From: a virus
UHGV virus genome: UHGV-0076931
DNA length: 35,663 bases
Reading direction: 5' to 3' (one strand)
Of the stretch, positions 6,687 through 16,609 are shown piece after piece; position 1 is the stretch's first letter, and every line of letters begins with the position of its first letter. The position numbers and the translations under genes were made by a program. The notes under the pieces are model-generated. The model was not told the origin of the DNA. It made no database searches and saw nothing but the letters and a program-made list of their open reading frames with translations.

Positions 6687-9480
6687 TATCCGGGTCGCTT
6701 TCAGCGCCGTTGACAGGCTGACCCGACCTGCCGAAAACGCCCGCCGCCTGATGGGGCAGTTTGGTGACTCCATCCAGCGAACGCAGGGGGCGATCAAAAA
6801 TCTCGAGCGTCAGGCGCGTTCATTTGAGCGCGCCCGCGACGCTGTCAGTAAAGCGGATGCGGGTATCGTGAAAGCGCGACGCCAGCTTAACGCCCTTAAT
6901 CAGTTACAACGCACGGGTACAGTGCTCAGCGAAAAACAACAAAAGCTGATGCAGCAGTTAAGCACCCGGCTTGAACGCCTGAATGAATCGCGCACACGGG
7001 AAATTCAGAAAATGCGGGAGCTTGGCGGAGAGCTGAAACGCCACGGCATTTCCCTGACAGGCAGCGATAACACCATCCAGCAGGCCATCAGACGCACCGA
7101 ACAGTACAACAACCAGCTTGAACGCGAACGGCAGGCGCTTGCGCGTGTAACGCGGGCGCGTGAGCGGTATTCGCGCGCGCAGGAAACCGCGGGAAAACTG
7201 AAAACAGGTGGTGCGCTGGCAATTGGTGCGGCAGCGGCTGGCGGCTATGCTACCGGGCGTTTTTTGCAGCCTGCGATCGGGTTCGGGAAAGAGATGTCCC
7301 GCGTTCAGGCACTGACGCGAATCGACCAGAACAGCCCGCAGTTTAAGGCGCTGCGTGAGCAGGCGTTAAAACTTGGCTCTGAAACGCAGTTCACCGCAGG
7401 CGATGCCGCCAGTGGGCAGGCATTTCTTGCAATGGCTGGCTTCACACCGCAGGCCATTCAGGCTGCGCTTCCCGGAGTGCTGAGCATGGCAACGGCTGGC
7501 GGTATGGATCTCGGCGAGACGGCTGATATTGGCTCAAATATCCTGACGCAGTTCGGCCTTTCTGCTGACCAGATGGACCGGGTCGGTGACACACTCACCG
7601 CAGCGTTTACCCGTACCAACACTGACCTTCGCGCACTGGGCGAAACCATGAAATATGCAGGTCCGGTGGCGGGCAAGCTGGGAATATCGCTGGAGCAGGC
7701 CGCAGCGATGGCGGGCGTGCTGGCGAATATGGGTATCAGGGGAAGTGATGCCGGGACGGCAATGCGTGCCAGCCTGGCTCGTCTGGCATCACCGCCAAAG
7801 GCGGCAGCAGAGGCGCTGAAAGAGCTGGGCGTGTCTGTCTCGGATGCCGGGGGCAAAATGCGCCCGATGGAGGATGTGCTGGCCGACCTTTATAAAGCCA
7901 CCCGCAAATACGGGGAAGTTGACCGGGTATCGTTCTTTAAGGACATTGCCGGAGAAGAGGCTTTCACATCGTTTATGGCGCTCGTTGATGCAGCGGGTGA
8001 CGGTTCCTTACCCAAACTGAGAAAAGAACTTGAAGGCGCGCGCGGTGAGGCTGAACGCACAGCAAAGGTTATGGCCAACAACCTTGACGGCGATCTGAAA
8101 TCACTCGGCAGTGCATGGGAAGGGTTGCGCATCCGCATTGCAGATCTGATTGACGGTCCGCTGCGTTCTGTCACGCAGTGGCTCACGCGAGTGGTCTCAA
8201 AGGTGACGGCGCTGGCGCAGGCCCATCCCGCACTGACGCGCCAGCTACTGATAGCAGGCGGTGCGTTGCTGGCAATGACTGCAACGGTTGGCTCGTTGTC
8301 GCTGGCTATTGGTGTGCTTGCTGGCCCGCTGGCAAAACTGCGTCTTGGTTTTTCTCTCCTGGCCGGATCAATGAATGTCGTCAGGGTGCTGCCAGCACTA
8401 TGGGGAATGGTAACAGGTTCCATCTCGTTGCTGGGTGGCGCTATCGGGGCGCTGTTCAGTCCGGTTGGTCTTATCGTGGCTGCGCTTGCCGGAGCTGCCG
8501 TTCTTATCTGGAAATACTGGGAACCCATCAAGGCGTTTTATGCCGGGGTGTTCAGCGGGATTATGGAACGGCTGGCTCCGTTGCGCGAAACCTTTGAACG
8601 GTTTGGTCCTGTTTTTGATGTCGTGCGCGATGGGATTATTCAGCTCTTTAACTGGTTTAAATCGCTGCTGTCACCGATGGAGTCCAGCAAGGAAACGCTG
8701 GATAAATGTACCAGTGCTGGCGAGATATTCGGTAACGTTCTTGGTGGCGCGCTACAGCTTGTTCTGACGCCTGCAAAAATGCTGCTGGATACGCTGGCGT
8801 GGATACTTGAAAAACTCGGTGTGCTTCCGGATGAAGCGGAAAGGGCGCGCAAGAAAATCGAAGACGCACAGCGTGCGGCCATTCTTCAGGACAAGGTTGC
8901 CTTGCTTCAGGGGGACCTGGCGAAAATCAATCCGCCGAAGCCTGTGGAAAATGGCAATGGCACCGGAGGTGATAACCCCAAAGACAATAAACCGCTCACA
9001 GACAGCAATACCGGTACGCTGCGCAGACTCAGCAAAATTGCTGATAACACTGGTAAGCTGGTTGAGGAGACGAAAAAACGCATTGGCCCCGGCGATATTG
9101 TCTTTAAAAACCTGCCCCGAGCACTTGCTGTTCGTGGGGAGTGGCAGGAGCGGAAGATTGCGCAGGTCAGTAAGCCTGCCCCCGCAATTAATATCACACC
9201 CGTGGTCCCGGCTCCGCTGCCTCCGGCGCTGGTCCCTGTTGTTGCGGCCAGCTCCCGCCCGGTGGCGGAGGCTATACGATCTCCAGTGGCATCAGTTCCT
9301 GTAACTTCCCGTAACCGCGAGCCTGTTGCCTCCGGATTTGGTGGTGAAATTCATGTTCATCTGCATAACGTTGTTACGCAGAATCCCCGCGAACTGGCGA
9401 AACTGGTCGGTGAAATGGTCAGGGCAGAAATGGAACGGCGCGCCCGTGCCGGGCGTGGCAGTTTTTACGATAAAGATTGA
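6637..9480 (+). CDS. T: Tail tape measure protein
   Basis: 947 aa, coiled-coil N-terminal part, Ala/Gly-rich hydrophobic middle; position after E/E'; exact start uncertain (GTG 6637 or ATG 6664/6673). Confidence 0.9.
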   Translation: MSGRHFAAGMQTMKTLDIRVAFSAVDRLTRPAENARRLMGQFGDSIQRTQGAIKNLERQARSFERARDAVSKADAGIVKARRQLNALNQLQRTGTVLSEKQQKLMQQLSTRLERLNESRTREIQKMRELGGELKRHGISLTGSDNTIQQAIRRTEQYNNQLERERQALARVTRARERYSRAQETAGKLKTGGALAIGAAAAGGYATGRFLQPAIGFGKEMSRVQALTRIDQNSPQFKALREQALKLGSETQFTAGDAASGQAFLAMAGFTPQAIQAALPGVLSMATAGGMDLGETADIGSNILTQFGLSADQMDRVGDTLTAAFTRTNTDLRALGETMKYAGPVAGKLGISLEQAAAMAGVLANMGIRGSDAGTAMRASLARLASPPKAAAEALKELGVSVSDAGGKMRPMEDVLADLYKATRKYGEVDRVSFFKDIAGEEAFTSFMALVDAAGDGSLPKLRKELEGARGEAERTAKVMANNLDGDLKSLGSAWEGLRIRIADLIDGPLRSVTQWLTRVVSKVTALAQAHPALTRQLLIAGGALLAMTATVGSLSLAIGVLAGPLAKLRLGFSLLAGSMNVVRVLPALWGMVTGSISLLGGAIGALFSPVGLIVAALAGAAVLIWKYWEPIKAFYAGVFSGIMERLAPLRETFERFGPVFDVVRDGIIQLFNWFKSLLSPMESSKETLDKCTSAGEIFGNVLGGALQLVLTPAKMLLDTLAWILEKLGVLPDEAERARKKIEDAQRAAILQDKVALLQGDLAKINPPKPVENGNGTGGDNPKDNKPLTDSNTGTLRRLSKIADNTGKLVEETKKRIGPGDIVFKNLPRALAVRGEWQERKIAQVSKPAPAINITPVVPAPLPPALVPVVAASSRPVAEAIRSPVASVPVTSRNREPVASGFGGEIHVHLHNVVTQNPRELAKLVGEMVRAEMERRARAGRGSFYDKD

Positions 9481-9486
9481 GGAGTC

Positions 9487-9981
9487 ATGGCCATGATGAT
9501 GATCTACGGCATGTTTGTTTTTGAGCTGCGCACGCTGCCGCATCAGCAGTTACAGCAAAACAAAAGCTGGCGGCATGTGAAAAATGAACGCGTTAACCGT
9601 TCAGCAAGCTGGCAGTATATCGGTGCAGGTGATGATCGCATCGTTCTTTCTGGTGTGCTTTATCCTGAAATTACAGGTGGCGAAGTGTCGCTGTCGCTGC
9701 TGACCACGCAGGCGTATACAGGACGACCCTGGCCTTTGATTGATGGCGTCGGGCAGATTTACGGTATGTATGTCCTGACCGGAACGAATACGACCCGTTC
9801 CGAGTTTGATCGCTACGGTAAGGCGAAAAAGATAGAATTTTCACTGACCCTTGAACGCTGTGATGAGGATTTGCGGGAGCGCCTGCAATCCTCATCGTTC
9901 AGCGATATGCTGTCCGGCTTCAAAGATAAGGTGACATCATCCCTTAACAGCGCGGCAAGTTCAGTAAAAGGGTTGTTCTGA
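9487..9981 (+). CDS. U: Tail protein U
   Basis: 164 aa directly after T; size and position match P2 gpU. Confidence 0.8.
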   Translation: MAMMMIYGMFVFELRTLPHQQLQQNKSWRHVKNERVNRSASWQYIGAGDDRIVLSGVLYPEITGGEVSLSLLTTQAYTGRPWPLIDGVGQIYGMYVLTGTNTTRSEFDRYGKAKKIEFSLTLERCDEDLRERLQSSSFSDMLSGFKDKVTSSLNSAASSVKGLF

Positions 9982-9993
9982 TTTAACACAAAA

Positions 9994-10020
9994 ACCGCTA
10001 ATGGTCAGATTAGCGGTTTT
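9994..10020. terminator. Bidirectional intrinsic terminator between convergent U and H
   Basis: Stem accgctaat / attagcggt with 6-nt loop, flanked by an A-run upstream and T-run downstream. Confidence 0.7.
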
Positions 10021-10171
10021 CTTTTTCCTTAGTCTTCTCAATTGTTTCTTCAGTCTGTATATCGCCTACAGGGTGATAACGATAAATCGTCGATATACTG
10101 ATACCGTAAATTATTGCCAGTTGTTTTCTGTCATGACCGTTTTTAATAAGCCTTGCTATTTGAATGTTCAC
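10010..10171 (-). pseudogene. Remnant of a serine DNA invertase (Hin/Gin/Cin/Pin-type), C-terminal HTH only
   Basis: Hand translation ...IARLIKNGHDRKQLAIIYGISISTIYRYHPV... resembles the C-terminal HTH of Hin-family invertases; no room upstream for a catalytic domain (H stop at 10217). Confidence 0.5.
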
Positions 10172-10216
10172 CCAAGGAATGCCTCCCTTAAGAAAGGGGG
10201 CAACCTTACCTACAAA

Positions 10217-12814
10217 TCAGTATTTATAATAACGTCCAGGCAGCACAGGAGAGTTAACATTCCAGAACCCCTGCGGATCGCATGCCAGTATCATCCAGGC
10301 TGTATTACAGGAGGACGGCCACGGTGGCATATCATCATTATCGGGGTAGTCACACGAATCAATATAACCGTAGCGTGTGCGCAGTGGTGCCAGCCTCGCC
10401 AGAATATCCATCGCGGTGGTATCATCTCCCAGTCTGCGGGCCAGCAATGCCACGCCTGCACTGCCCTCCACCCAGACTCCACGCTGTTTATTCGGGTAGC
10501 CATATTCCGGATGATAAGGCGTGTACCCTGTCGCATCGTGCGTGGCGTACCAGAGTCTGCCCAGGTAAGTAAAACACCGCCGGGCTTTTTCCATATCTAT
10601 ATTGGCCACAAACAGCCCTCCCCAGCTCGCGCAGTCCAGCGGTGAGGCCTTGTCCACCCCGGTAGTCCGCATCCCGGCATAAAATCGTCCTTCGTCCTCC
10701 ACCCACAGTTTTTCCATAATGGCATCCGCCAGGGCTTTCGCTTTTTCAGCATAGCCGGTGAAGCCCAACCGTCCCATCAGATCAAACAAAAACCACAGGT
10801 CGAACTGATGTTCTGACGTGCACCAGTCTGCGTCAAAATCCGGATAAAACACACCATTCAGATACTGTCCGCTACCGGATGTATACAAACCAGAGCGAAC
10901 ATCACTGCCATCTGTGACCCTGAACATTTCAATCCATTCTGCGCACTGCATCAGTTTATCCCGGGCAACAACGGCCATTTCACCGTCCGGATATTTCAGC
11001 AGATAATACGCCAGCGCATACGCCACCCACGCTGCGTTTCCCGTCCGGTAATACTGCGATGATGTTTGTGCTGACATACGGTTCACAAAAAAAGGCACGC
11101 TTCCCTCACTGCCTCCGCTGCCCACAATCGCACACAACCCGCGAACAAAACGCTCAACCTGACTGTGCCCCTGCGCCATCAGGGCAATGGCCGACACAGC
11201 CTGGTCGTAAGTGTACGTACGGTCTTTCATCACCCTTACCGTTTCGTCTCCGGCATCCGATGGCACCCGGTAAGAGCGGATACACAGCGGGTCTTCCCAG
11301 ACAGTTACCAGACCGTTATTTGATGTACGATACAGTTTAAAAGACTTGGCCCCCGGCCAGCTTCTGGCGAAACTGAACGTGCCGTCACTCTCTAATACTA
11401 CAGAGGAAAACTGATATTCCAGAGTTGTGCTGGCACACAGCGCAATGGTGTAGCTCTGCGGATCACCGATACTGCACTGACCTGTGACCGGACCGGTATA
11501 GTCCGTTGTCAGCTCTTCATTTACCGTCAGCGTAACGGATTTGTTGTACACATCAGGGGCATTCAGCGATAAAAGTTCCGCTGTGCAGGTTTCCGCCAGT
11601 GTGTAAAAATTTTCCACCCGGCTGTTGCGTTCGCAGGTTGTGATCTGCGAGTGAAATTTATCAATTATTTCCGTTAATCGAAGGTAATCTAGAACATCCT
11701 CAGCACTGGTCTTACTAATAATTTCACGTCCAACACTTGTTAATGCAGTTAATGCGGCACGATTTGCCCCTGTAAAATAAGGGAGTTTATCTGCTGATGT
11801 AGCAAGCTCCGCCAGCGCCGTCAGGGTGGCATCCTTCGGTTGCTTACCCGCAAGCGCGTCAATCACGGTGGTTGCAAAATTAGGGTCATTGCCCAGCGCC
11901 GCAGCCAGTTCGTTCAGCGTGTTCAGTGCATCAGGTGACGAATCTACAAGTGCGGCAATCGCGGCCATAACGAAAGCCGTGCTTGCGATCTGGGCATTAT
12001 TAGTCCCCTGTGGCGCTGTTGGTGTTGTTGGCGTTCCGGTCAGTGCCGGGCTGTTTAATGGTGCTTTCTTGTTCGTTTCATCCATTACCACCTTGACAGC
12101 TTTTGGTGTCGCTGCCAGCGTTTCAGACGTGCTGTTCGTGGCGCTACTGAGCTGAACAATCCCTTTTTGTGTAGTGGTGGCGTTCTGGGCGGTATATTTC
12201 CCGTTAGCCAGGTCATATGCAGCCTTAACCGCTTTCGGTGTTGCGGCCAGTGTTTCTGATTCACTGTTAATTGCACTGCTTAACTGAGTAAAACCTTTTA
12301 CGGTCAGCGAGGCGTCCGGGTGACGTCGTGACTGTTCGTGCTCTGATATTTTATCATCCACATATTTGCGGGTTGCCAGAACCACAGACGGGTCGATTTT
12401 CAGCGTGATGGCTTCGGTGTTCGTGACAACCAGAATCATTCGGATAGTCTGGGTGCGTCCACTGCCTTCCTGCAACTGCGGTTTGTACGTTTCCGGGCAG
12501 TTTGCCACCGCAATGAGTACACCTTCATCATCATAAAGACCAATCTCACGGATCCAGAATCCTCCCTCGTTTTCAGGGATGATTTGCTCCGCAATAATCT
12601 GGCTCTGATTGTTAGGGTCAACACTCAGAAGATTCAGCGGTGCAATGCGTTTCTGGTTAATCAGTTTTGTTTGTGCAGGGTCTGGTGTTGGTAACACACC
12701 ATTTGCATCACCAACGGCCATTTGCGTCAGATTCAGCTTACTGCCGAGCATCGTCGCGTTAGCCAGTCGTGCCGCGCCCTGATTAGTCAGAATGGCGTAG
12801 TATTTCACTGTCAT
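10217..12814 (-). CDS. H: Tail fibre protein H, chimeric: P2 gpH-type N-terminus plus distinct C-terminal domain
   Basis: N-terminal ~370 aa match P2 gpH including the duplicated LSSA(I/T)NS(E/T)SETLAATPKAVK repeats; remaining ~490 aa unrelated, rich in W/Y/D/E. Confidence 0.9.
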   Translation of the reverse strand: MTVKYYAILTNQGAARLANATMLGSKLNLTQMAVGDANGVLPTPDPAQTKLINQKRIAPLNLLSVDPNNQSQIIAEQIIPENEGGFWIREIGLYDDEGVLIAVANCPETYKPQLQEGSGRTQTIRMILVVTNTEAITLKIDPSVVLATRKYVDDKISEHEQSRRHPDASLTVKGFTQLSSAINSESETLAATPKAVKAAYDLANGKYTAQNATTTQKGIVQLSSATNSTSETLAATPKAVKVVMDETNKKAPLNSPALTGTPTTPTAPQGTNNAQIASTAFVMAAIAALVDSSPDALNTLNELAAALGNDPNFATTVIDALAGKQPKDATLTALAELATSADKLPYFTGANRAALTALTSVGREIISKTSAEDVLDYLRLTEIIDKFHSQITTCERNSRVENFYTLAETCTAELLSLNAPDVYNKSVTLTVNEELTTDYTGPVTGQCSIGDPQSYTIALCASTTLEYQFSSVVLESDGTFSFARSWPGAKSFKLYRTSNNGLVTVWEDPLCIRSYRVPSDAGDETVRVMKDRTYTYDQAVSAIALMAQGHSQVERFVRGLCAIVGSGGSEGSVPFFVNRMSAQTSSQYYRTGNAAWVAYALAYYLLKYPDGEMAVVARDKLMQCAEWIEMFRVTDGSDVRSGLYTSGSGQYLNGVFYPDFDADWCTSEHQFDLWFLFDLMGRLGFTGYAEKAKALADAIMEKLWVEDEGRFYAGMRTTGVDKASPLDCASWGGLFVANIDMEKARRCFTYLGRLWYATHDATGYTPYHPEYGYPNKQRGVWVEGSAGVALLARRLGDDTTAMDILARLAPLRTRYGYIDSCDYPDNDDMPPWPSSCNTAWMILACDPQGFWNVNSPVLPGRYYKY

Positions 12815-13419
12815 GCGTTTACTCTCAGATTATCAATTAAATGAATGGCCGGGGCAGGGAAATAATCCCCTTCGGCAATAATGGACTCCGGGGTGTAGGG
12901 ATAAACCGTCAGGGCATCGCCGTGATAGCATCCCGTACCAACGAAAATCTTTCCGTTCACACTCAGGCTGATCGCCAGCCCCGTCAGATGGCGACTTACT
13001 GGTTTTGCATCCGCAATAAGGCGCTCAAGTTCCTGATACATTTCATCGGTGATGCCCTGATCAAGTACTCCGACAACAATGCGAAATGTTCCTGGCTCCT
13101 CGTTGAGTTGCCACCACTCCTTTACTTCAATCAGGTAGCCGAGAGGCTCCACGGCTCTTCGCAGTGCGCTGATGGTCCCTTTGTGTCGGTGTATCAGCCA
13201 TGCATCACGAATAACCTGTCGCTTTGTCTCTTCCGGCCAGTTGCGATCCCAGCGGTCAACGGAAAATGCCCAGGCGAGATAAGGCAGCAGATGCACCGGG
13301 CAGGTATCCGGCGACCACAGCGTGTTGAGGTCTACCGGAATGTCTGTAATGCGTGTTCCGACGGCTTCGGCACAACGCATGAAACTGCTGGCTGATGGCG
13401 GTAACAGTGAATTACTCAT
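12811..13419 (-). CDS. I: Baseplate / tail fibre-associated protein I
   Basis: Position between J and H; start set at ATG 13419 with GGTGGG SD (ORF extends to 13452). Confidence 0.75.
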   Translation of the reverse strand: MSNSLLPPSASSFMRCAEAVGTRITDIPVDLNTLWSPDTCPVHLLPYLAWAFSVDRWDRNWPEETKRQVIRDAWLIHRHKGTISALRRAVEPLGYLIEVKEWWQLNEEPGTFRIVVGVLDQGITDEMYQELERLIADAKPVSRHLTGLAISLSVNGKIFVGTGCYHGDALTVYPYTPESIIAEGDYFPAPAIHLIDNLRVNA

Positions 13420-14308
13420 TGCGCCCACCTTCGCTGATGGTAAATGACTCACAGCGCGCCGCCTGTATGTCGCTGATGGCCATATTCTGTGTGGGTTCGA
13501 TTATCTCTACGCGTTGCACGCCGTGCACATGAAGTGCGGCAGCAATGGCGGACAACGCCACGTCCTGACCGATAAGCCCCTGTTCAGCCAGCCACTTCCT
13601 GAATGACGATTCCGCCGCGGCCAGAATAGGTTCGGATTCCGGACCGGGGTAAAAGTACAGTTTTGCATTCAGCCGCCATGTCACGATTCTGGCGCTCTGT
13701 ACGGTCAGGCGGTCGGCCACCGGGCGGGTATCCTCTGCATTCAGAACGGCGCGAACGGTATTAAGCAACGCCTCCGTTGCTGTGCCGTCGCCCTCAGTGG
13801 ACAGGATGGAAACCGTCACACAGGCCGGAGAAGGGCTGATGGCCCGCGCATCACGCACCAGACCGCTGGCGCTGCGTGCAAAATACTCGTATGCACCTGA
13901 CGGGCCAGCAACACTCAGGCCGTCGTACGCCCGCTGCGCCCGCAGTCTCAGCGAGGTGTCGCTCTCCATCACCGCGTCGGTGGTATCCGTTGCCGGAGTG
14001 ATAACCAGGCGCTTTGTGTTCATATTGCCCGCGAGGTTGTCCAGGTTTGTCCCTGAACCGTGGCTTAACATGCAGGCGCGTGCGCCCTCGTTAACCCGCT
14101 GGCGTAACAGCATTTCACGAAACGACATGGTTTGAGCGATAACGTTAAGGGGTTCCGATTCCAGCTCCAGCGCGGCGGAGACGGCTTCACGCTGTTCGGC
14201 AGGATAGGACGCAATCATCATGGCTTTTGTGTCAGCCAGAATTACCTCAAAGTCAGGCTCCGCGATGATGGCGGGTTCCGGTAACTGGGAAAGGTCAACG
14301 GCGGGCAT
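13412..14308 (-). CDS. J: Baseplate assembly protein J
   Basis: 298 aa; position and size match P2 gpJ. Confidence 0.88.
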   Translation of the reverse strand: MPAVDLSQLPEPAIIAEPDFEVILADTKAMMIASYPAEQREAVSAALELESEPLNVIAQTMSFREMLLRQRVNEGARACMLSHGSGTNLDNLAGNMNTKRLVITPATDTTDAVMESDTSLRLRAQRAYDGLSVAGPSGAYEYFARSASGLVRDARAISPSPACVTVSILSTEGDGTATEALLNTVRAVLNAEDTRPVADRLTVQSARIVTWRLNAKLYFYPGPESEPILAAAESSFRKWLAEQGLIGQDVALSAIAAALHVHGVQRVEIIEPTQNMAISDIQAARCESFTISEGGRNE

Positions 14309-14311
14309 GAT

Positions 14312-14662
14312 TTACTCCCTCAGCGTGATGGTTAATTCAACATTCTGCATGGTCTGCATGACAGTGCCCGACAACGTCACCCCGGCGCGGCCTCCCGCTT
14401 TCCAGACAACGTCGATGGCGTCCAGGGCAATGCGGGGTTCCCATCGTGTCAGCGCAATCACGGCAGCACTCATGCATTGAAGACGCGTGGTGTTATTCAT
14501 GGGTTCGTCAATTAAATCGGGCACAAGGCTGCCATATTCCCGTCGCATAACCCGGCTTGCCAGCGGGGTGGTCAGGATGTCCCTGACTGACTGTTTCAGG
14601 TGCTCCATATCGTTCAGGTTTCCCGTTCCGTCCGGGTTCATTCCTGTGTAGCGGGTTGTCAC
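14312..14662 (-). CDS. W: Baseplate wedge protein W
   Basis: 116 aa; size and position match P2 gpW. Confidence 0.85.
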   Translation of the reverse strand: MTTRYTGMNPDGTGNLNDMEHLKQSVRDILTTPLASRVMRREYGSLVPDLIDEPMNNTTRLQCMSAAVIALTRWEPRIALDAIDVVWKAGGRAGVTLSGTVMQTMQNVELTITLRE

Positions 14663-15240
14663 TGCGGGCCTCCTGTCGAATCGCTGCCACCTTTAACGCC
14701 ACCGTGTTTATGCGTATGCACTGTGATGCCGTTTGAGGTGAAATCGCCGCCGCTGTGCGTGATATTGCCGCTCATTTTTCCCCCTTTTGTGACGTCAAGC
14801 GTCGCTGTTCTCAGAAGGTCTGTGCATTCCACGACAGGCGTGTCCAGTGTCACGCTGACGGATGCCTGCAGGGTGGCCGTTTTCATGCCGCTGGCGCTCA
14901 GTGCGCCTGCGTCCGCGTCGTAGCGGAACACCGCGCCGTCCGGCGCGCTGATCACGATTTCTTTCAGGCTTTTGCCGGGTGCCGGACTGGCATCACTCCA
15001 CAGGCTGCCAATTATCATGGCGGTTTCCGGGTTGCCGCCAATGCAGGCAATTACCACCTGTTCGCCTGGTGATGGCGGCAGCCACACATTGAAGGCTCCC
15101 GCGCGCGTGGTGTTCCAGCGCAACCAGCCTGTTTCCAGTTCGCCGCTGCGAACGCGCACGCGCCAGGACTTCTCATCAACTTCAGAGATGATCCCGGTGC
15201 GGATGATATTGCTCAGCAGTCGCATGAGTTCTGCGCTCAC
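14659..15240 (-). CDS. V: Baseplate spike protein V
   Basis: 193 aa; position before W, 4-nt overlap with S. Confidence 0.85.
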   Translation of the reverse strand: MSAELMRLLSNIIRTGIISEVDEKSWRVRVRSGELETGWLRWNTTRAGAFNVWLPPSPGEQVVIACIGGNPETAMIIGSLWSDASPAPGKSLKEIVISAPDGAVFRYDADAGALSASGMKTATLQASVSVTLDTPVVECTDLLRTATLDVTKGGKMSGNITHSGGDFTSNGITVHTHKHGGVKGGSDSTGGPQ

Positions 15241-15881
15241 CGTACAGCCTCCGCAATCCGGCCCAGCACCGTGTTATAAATCAGGCGCTCATCTGCCTGG
15301 CTGATACCCAGCAGCTCACGTACCGGGTAATCGGTGAAAATGCCCGGCGCAACCTGATCGCGCTCACCGAACTGATGAACGCGTGCAATACGTGCGGCCA
15401 CGCCGCTGTAACCCACCGTCACACCGGAAGCATCTGCACGGGCTTTCAGGTAGCGGGCGGTGCGCAGTTTTACGAACATGGGGATGCGCCTGGTGCTGTC
15501 CTGGTTGATGCGCCGGGTGCGTATTTCCAGAAAACGGTCGATGTCATCCCGGTAAAACGTGCGGATATTGTTTTTATCCTCATCCCACCCGGTAATGGTT
15601 CGCCCGTATTTCCCCGTGTCGTGATGCCAGTTTTTCAGCGTGCGTGCTTCGTTATTCCAGATAAAGCGAATGCGTTCCTGTATCCGGGTTACGCGGCGTC
15701 TGCGTGGTGTCCATGCGGTCCCGTCCGGCGCTTTCTGTGACCGGATGCGCGCCTGCTGGGCGCGACGTAAATCCTGTGCCAGCTTTCTGGCGATGTTATT
15801 GATGGCCTGCTGATTCAGGCTGTCGCGGATAGCCTCAAAGGTTTCATCCACGCGGATGAATGCCTTATCCATCGCTTTCAC
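15237..15881 (-). CDS. S: Tail completion / virion morphogenesis protein S
   Basis: Position between R and V; longer than P2 gpS so the start may be internal. Confidence 0.75.
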   Translation of the reverse strand: MKAMDKAFIRVDETFEAIRDSLNQQAINNIARKLAQDLRRAQQARIRSQKAPDGTAWTPRRRRVTRIQERIRFIWNNEARTLKNWHHDTGKYGRTITGWDEDKNNIRTFYRDDIDRFLEIRTRRINQDSTRRIPMFVKLRTARYLKARADASGVTVGYSGVAARIARVHQFGERDQVAPGIFTDYPVRELLGISQADERLIYNTVLGRIAEAVR

Positions 15882-16332
15882 CCCACGTCACATCCTGGAA
15901 TACATGCGACCAGTCGCCTTCGGAAGAGGGCAGACGGGGTTTTGGCTCCGGCAGGTGTTCTGCCTGCGGTGTGCCCTGACTGCTGCGCGTGATGCGAACG
16001 CGTTCCCGCAGGGGGAGCGTAAACAGGAGATCGGCGCTGTCATCGTCATTGATAACGGCGGAAAATTTGATGTCCTGATTACGCTCCGGATTGAGCAACA
16101 ACTGTGGCTGATTTTCGGATAACCACGCCAGCAGCGGCAGCGTGAGGTCGTCCAGCTCTCCGGCGTAATCCATGACAAACATCACCATCTGATAGCGGTA
16201 AACAAACGAGGGCGTTTCTCCGGTCGTTTCAATGTTGCCGCTCTCCACGAAAATGGTGAATTTTTCCGGGTTAGCCTGACACCATCGGCATGAACGGGTC
16301 ATGGCTTCACGCAGGGAATCAGTTTTCAGCAT
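15865..16332 (-). CDS. R: Tail completion protein R
   Basis: 155 aa, same size and position as P2 gpR. Confidence 0.8.
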   Translation of the reverse strand: MLKTDSLREAMTRSCRWCQANPEKFTIFVESGNIETTGETPSFVYRYQMVMFVMDYAGELDDLTLPLLAWLSENQPQLLLNPERNQDIKFSAVINDDDSADLLFTLPLRERVRITRSSQGTPQAEHLPEPKPRLPSSEGDWSHVFQDVTWGESDG

Positions 16333-16609
16333 GGGTGTTATCCTCGTTGTTCAGTCGTTGCAGCCTGCGCTGTTCCAGTAATTCAATGGCCCGTTTATCC
16401 GCGTTACAGGTTTCAAGTGCATCCAGAAGGCGGTCGCCCCATATACCGAGATTTCCCCATGTGGGAGTATCAGGGAAGGGGGGAGGCATTACCGGTATGG
16501 TCAGCGTCTGCGGTATAAGCCGGACTGACGGCGCTGGCCGTGGCGCGTTCTGCGTGCCTGCGCAACCTGTCAGTAAAATGAGCGTCAGGCAAAGCGTGGG
16601 CGCATTCAT
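16319..16609 (-). CDS. lysC: o-spanin (LysC/Rz1-like outer-membrane lipoprotein)
   Basis: Signal peptide with lipobox LLTGC; Pro-rich; starts inside the i-spanin gene in another frame. Confidence 0.7.
   Translation of the reverse strand: MNAPTLCLTLILLTGCAGTQNAPRPAPSVRLIPQTLTIPVMPPPFPDTPTWGNLGIWGDRLLDALETCNADKRAIELLEQRRLQRLNNEDNTHAEN

Noticed and set aside
7890-8531. 213-aa minus-strand ORF (and other long ORFs antisense to T)
   Set aside because: Embedded antisense in the tape measure gene, whose Ala/Gly-rich codons give long open frames on the complementary strand
10001-10645. 214-aa plus-strand ORF
   Set aside because: Antisense to the 3' end of tail fibre gene H, which has clear homology; no SD; the start lies within the U/H terminator
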